DNA of 64,000 nucleotides from an uncultured Planctomycetia bacterium (GTDB lineage Bacteria; Omnitrophota; Gorgyraeia; 2-02-FULL-51-18): NCBI GenBank assembly GCA_964606485.1, contig CAZSGP010000006.1, positions 62,925 to 126,924 of the forward strand, read 5' to 3'. Shown piece by piece: positions 61,401 to 64,000 of this stretch (position 1 is its first letter; each line of letters starts with the position of its first letter). The notes under the pieces were generated by a model. It saw only the letters and a program-made list of their open reading frames with translations, ran no database searches and was not told where the DNA came from. The position numbers and the translations under genes were made by a program.

Positions 61401-64000
61401 CGCTGCGGCCGTTTTGATGACGGTTCCCTTCCCCGCTCCCATAAAATTTTGAATGTTGCCGCCGATAATCCAGCCTTTTTGAAGCTCTGCAATTACCTTC
61501 GGATCGATGGTTTCAATTGGAAGAGAGAGCACTTGAAAATCGCCGTTCTTTCTAAAAGCCAAAACACCTACACTCTGCCTTAAAGCCGCCAAACTAACCG
61601 CCGCATGAAAAATGTCCCCGGTACCAGCAAAATCCCCTGACGCTTGAAGCTCAGAAAAATTCAAACCCTCTCTGTCTTTCAAGATGCCGTGCGTGTGATA
61701 AGCACCTTGAGCAAAAAACTGTAGGTCCGTGCGAGAAACGGTCCAGCTCTCTTCGTCCAAATTGGAAAGGTCCACGCCACGGCAAACGGAAACGAACGTT
61801 TTTCCGGAACTCGCGCGATACGTATAAATCCCGATTTCTTCATTTTTTCGTCCAGCTAAAAATTGTAGTTCTTTGAGGGAGAGTGTTGGCAATAACAGTA
61901 CGGAGCTTCTTTCGTCATTGGCCAATTTTTTCTCGTCCTCACCCAGCATCCATTGCGCGATTTTTTTGATGATGAACCCACGATCGCCGTGGCGGCTGAA
62001 AATAAGGGACTTCGCCGGTGCTTTTGACATTTCTTCATTCAATTTCTTTTCAATTCCATCGGCAACCATTAGACGCATTTGAACAAGCTCCGCATCGGTG
62101 AGGTCGGCTTGGATTAAAGCCTGTGTTAAGCTTTTTAGAACGGCGAAGGCTTGTTCCGGAGAGATTTGAGACTCAAAAATAGCTGTCGCAATCGTGCTTG
62201 CTGCGCGCATTCTTTCTTGAGGATTTTTAAAACTCGAATAAATAGTTGCGGCATTATTTTTTACAAATTCCGCAAAAGCTTCGTCCCGTAGAACCAATTT
62301 TGGAGACTTTCGGGGGCTCACCGCTTCTTCGTACTTGGCCGGACTCTCATATTCAGAGCGATCTTCTTCTGCCAAACGCGCACCGACAACCAACGGCCAA
62401 CTCACATAGATAAGATCCTCCTCAGGCCAAAAGGATCCAATGGGCTCACCGAACACTTGGGCAAACCAAACAGCGTGTTTGGGTGTGATATGAACATCTT
62501 CTTTCGATTTCATGTTGTGAAGCATGCTTGCGGAAAGTCCGCGTTCGCCGTTTAGATCATTCATCTCAACGGAAATCTGGGGCAAATTCAAATCGCTTCC
62601 GTCCAACGCTGCAATCAACGCATTTCTTGCATACAAACGGTTCTTTTTAATTTTTTCCTCAATCCGTTTCTCGTCCTCAAAAAGTGGTCTGGCAGAATCC
62701 AGTATATTTCCAACGCTTTCTCCTAAAGCGTCCGCGACCGAAGTAAGGGTACGATCCGACCGGTATCCTGCGTTTCCAGCCTCAACATGGTAAAGAGAAC
62801 CACTGTCTTTTAGAATAGTTCCTGCCGCAACTTTATTGCGGGTTTGTCCGATTTTTTCTCTTCGAGTCCGCATGTATTGCCCAACCTTTTGATCAATAAA
62901 CCGAACAACGCGCCTCAAGCGATATTGCTCTAAAGATTTCCAAACATAAAATGGCTTTACCTGATGGGTTAGCTTTTTGACGGCCTCGGATACTCGAATG
63001 ATCGAGGCAACCGCCAGCTCCTCACGGCCCGTCACCGCCTTGGAAATATGCTGTTGGTTTACTTTCGCTTCGCGTCCAATCTGCGACTCCGAAAGATCGT
63101 AAGCGTCGCAGACCACCCATAAAATTTTTCCGAACACATTTTTTCCATCCTCTATGGCCTGCTTGAGCATAACTGTTGGGTCAACTTCACTTGTGCGGTA
63201 AGGACAAATATCTTCCACGCGCACCTTCAAGACTTTGGCAAGCCGGGTTTGCATCTCAAAAGATGGTGTTCCGTTAGAAGTTCTCCTTTCTATTTTGCTA
63301 ATTGTCATATAAGCAATATCCGAATGATCGGCGAGCGATTGAATCGTTCTTCCTTGCTCTTCCCGGATTCGACGGGTATTTTCGGAAATTGAAACCTCGA
63401 TTTTCGACTCAAGCTCTTCGAGGCTCGTTTGTAATTGCTGGATGATATCAGCGGTTTCTATGAGATACGCCGCGGGATATTTATCCAGAATGGACCGGCG
63501 GTTCTTTTCAAAATCAAATACATTTCTGATTTGATGAAGGCGCTCGATTTGCGTTTTACCTGCCAACCTTGCACCCTGTTGATGCGCCGCAATGTCCTGC
63601 GCAACCTTCAGAGCATCAGCGCCTTCAACGCCTGAGAAAACGTTCTCGAGCAGCGCCGAACGGCCTAATCTTGCTCCGGAACCGGCAACCGCTAAAAGAG
63701 GCTGCACGTCTACAAAGCGTGCTCCTGCCGTAACAAGCACTGGTTTGGAATCTGCGCCAAGCAATAGTTCTTCATATTTTTTCTGATTCGTTTCTCGCAA
63801 AACCTGCGGCACGATTGACACGTAAGAAATTTTTGCTTCTTTGAAAAGTTTTTGTAAAGAAGGCGCGTGATACCCACCGACGATAAATACCGCACGCTCA
63901 TCTAAATTATTTTGAATATTTCTTAAAAACGCCTCATCCCTACTTTGAGTCAGAGCGTAGAATTTTTCACAAAGCCCAACAAATTCTGAAAAATTTTCAT
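58437..64000 (-). CDS. Giant multidomain protein, third paralog; at least 1,854 aa in window, 5' end beyond window (frame is open from 63821 to 64000 and encodes the shared FIVGGYHAPSLQKLF motif). Contains two XRE-type HTH domains, a response-regulator receiver domain and G-A-R-L motifs.
   Basis: The track start at 63821 is a GTG; translating upstream in the same frame gives no stop to the window edge and reproduces the N-domain motif of the other two giants. REC motifs KKVLIVDDEEP, LIITDNN, ALAKPF (about 59450-59830); HTH RTIQSLADHSDIAYMTISKIER (about 63300-63375). Confidence 0.8.
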   Translation of the reverse strand, partial: ENFSEFVGLCEKFYALTQSRDEAFLRNIQNNLDERAVFIVGGYHAPSLQKLFKEAKISYVSIVPQVLRETNQKKYEELLLGADSKPVLVTAGARFVDVQPLLAVAGSGARLGRSALLENVFSGVEGADALKVAQDIAAHQQGARLAGKTQIERLHQIRNVFDFEKNRRSILDKYPAAYLIETADIIQQLQTSLEELESKIEVSISENTRRIREEQGRTIQSLADHSDIAYMTISKIERRTSNGTPSFEMQTRLAKVLKVRVEDICPYRTSEVDPTVMLKQAIEDGKNVFGKILWVVCDAYDLSESQIGREAKVNQQHISKAVTGREELAVASIIRVSEAVKKLTHQVKPFYVWKSLEQYRLRRVVRFIDQKVGQYMRTRREKIGQTRNKVAAGTILKDSGSLYHVEAGNAGYRSDRTLTSVADALGESVGNILDSARPLFEDEKRIEEKIKKNRLYARNALIAALDGSDLNLPQISVEMNDLNGERGLSASMLHNMKSKEDVHITPKHAVWFAQVFGEPIGSFWPEEDLIYVSWPLVVGARLAEEDRSEYESPAKYEEAVSPRKSPKLVLRDEAFAEFVKNNAATIYSSFKNPQERMRAASTIATAIFESQISPEQAFAVLKSLTQALIQADLTDAELVQMRLMVADGIEKKLNEEMSKAPAKSLIFSRHGDRGFIIKKIAQWMLGEDEKKLANDERSSVLLLPTLSLKELQFLAGRKNEEIGIYTYRASSGKTFVSVCRGVDLSNLDEESWTVSRTDLQFFAQGAYHTHGILKDREGLNFSELQASGDFAGTGDIFHAAVSLAALRQSVGVLAFRKNGDFQVLSLPIETIDPKVIAELQKGWIIGGNIQNFMGAGKGTVIKTAAAVQRYSRGVGEESNPKLLVEMGILAESKVVSAARLSEISKPLTDERALKTQFNLRVKRAMIAILSADMNENPADFLRVLEKTDIDIYGQMKRLHEKIIGNINSSQTDSKATDMWVSQMESLSVPFVLYFDNQISRIDWTYRRYEDIKDLDTQTLIALILTAMNAPQKTVPQTFISAQEIDPKINRLAGFIWRQYQETNRKKIQSIQSAARLSETTYSFKKPEGFSHEEARKSVFLKEFSERLSHIVSQLDTPIHILAFAQNRGGNYDSVMEEAQFQLGELSNLIHKNIGREADLQVNLSERVIVETLRRNRGGSGKYELPNKAMNCLALIAEKPLSADDRELLLREFSAIQSISHSLTFYLNSGIDYPFGEAEGRKFLVLDFDNPLAQLSEIIGEMSILSGKLEMGETYENQRDVVGPLLLLYRRALVQNEQLIQKLSGVRDAEIQLALLASALTGFGFLEYSMMPAEVLSQQSYQAIVSSAIKASSALRNLERKNSSNPFSPVVPAMPSVERPIESAPKPAVTFKKVLIVDDEEPLRRIMRMTLVRMGVKDGDIVEVAHSSEALEALKNSEPFDLIITDNNTRDSKKIEGKIYMGLDVIGVLRQGAMGIQTSSRVPVIFISGDTSNPEFKSALGINTVALAKPFSPGDLQRYVNKLAAELAYPELVSGFSQRVFEHFGDLVAGKAVAVTLKEKTSVVVFEEKGNQIQIRIQSDPKALPIELADPAKKRPSSLVVLSARQADFALQTMENAVSNALGQRVPETLTKPLTIGFDLDALRADNDRTLETNLELRALALLRIKLSSPKLPLNAVLNSSDEVLRARAYAYLATYKNKMLEDAESFGVRGDKIPIFKKAVGEILNPGDKAFEDQICFTNNFQKITHPDPNSKVLYLPVEKLSEGQVFAYYSLDQLAIAVHNSEGRISDSTISAWKVISANTFIDNQFLYRIAVKAGLELSQIETIVLKAAFKVSVDEAVSAARLAERHVLASA
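59450..59830 (-). other. CheY-like receiver (REC) domain inside giant ORF 3
   Basis: VLIVDDEEPLRRIMRMTL ... DLIITDNNTRD ... VIFISGDTS ... ALAKPF: acidic pocket, phospho-acceptor Asp, Thr/Ser and Lys positions in canonical spacing (DNA checked at 59788-59823). Confidence 0.6.

Noticed and set aside
1-64000. CRISPR arrays, tRNA/rRNA genes, IS elements, integrases or phage genes
   Set aside because: No regularly spaced direct repeats with unique spacers, no cloverleaf-compatible 70-90 nt candidates in the few intergenic gaps, and no transposase/integrase-like ORFs were seen. The hairpin repeats at 16027-16107, 27128-27209 and 50190-50242 are single-copy palindromes, not arrays.

Overview
This 64 kb window is dominated by three paralogous giant minus-strand ORFs, which are the main discovery candidates. 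They are (i) an ORF of at least 4,960 codons occupying 1..14892, which has no stop before the window edge and is therefore missing from the ORF track, (ii) a 1,833-aa ORF at 44746..50247, and (iii) an ORF of at least 1,794 aa at 58437..64000 that reads open through the upstream window edge. All three share an N-terminal TraB/GumN/TIKI-like domain with an [IV]VGG[FY]H motif, and the first two begin with similar signal peptides. Otherwise they are mosaics of unrelated modules. The first giant carries a SecA-like DEAD motor, a histidine-phosphatase-like fold, two 6PGL/NagB-fold domains, an alpha/beta hydrolase, a SAM-methyltransferase-like domain, a multi-TM block and a C-terminal M50 (site-2 protease-like) membrane domain. 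The second ends in what looks like a complete NodT-type outer-membrane-factor lipoprotein with its own internal signal peptide. The third carries two XRE-type HTH domains and a response-regulator receiver domain. A tetrapeptide G-A-R-L recurs at least 15 times across the three proteins, sits in inter-domain linkers, and is several times followed by an internal lipoprotein-type signal peptide. This suggests processed polyproteins, or concatenated proteins that are cleaved after synthesis; that reading is an inference.

The remaining genes are ordinary. From 16.8 to 26.3 kb there is a complete Pho regulon block: pstS-pstC-pstA-pstB-pstB-phoU, phoR/phoB, a tandem pair of thymidylate-kinase-like genes, ppx and a sixA-like gene. 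Textbook Pho boxes (TCTTCAT repeated three times at 11-bp spacing) lie upstream of pstS, and a weaker pair lies upstream of ppx. A plus-strand block follows (26.3–32.2 kb): a PTR1/FolM-like pteridine reductase and a QueD/PTPS gene preceded by an unusual triple-hairpin leader, then a lipid cluster (desaturase, acyltransferase-like, Lgt-like::PSD fusion, PssA) and mutY. Further along are a 1,797-aa TpsA/filamentous-hemagglutinin-like exoprotein with a C-terminal YVTN beta-propeller and no adjacent TpsB, a Fur-family regulator with a ZnuAB-type transporter, a porin-like protein, a TPR/ABC-2 module, metF, dps, an FTR1 iron permease fused to an extra C-terminal domain plus a cupredoxin-like protein behind a palindromic operator array, and housekeeping genes (MarC, MFS, TlpA, CcdA, RlmN, histidine phosphatase, gamma-CA-like).

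No rRNA, tRNA, CRISPR array, transposase or integrase was recognised. Gene content suggests an uncultivated bacterium of the kind known for giant genes (for example Omnitrophota-like); this is inference only.
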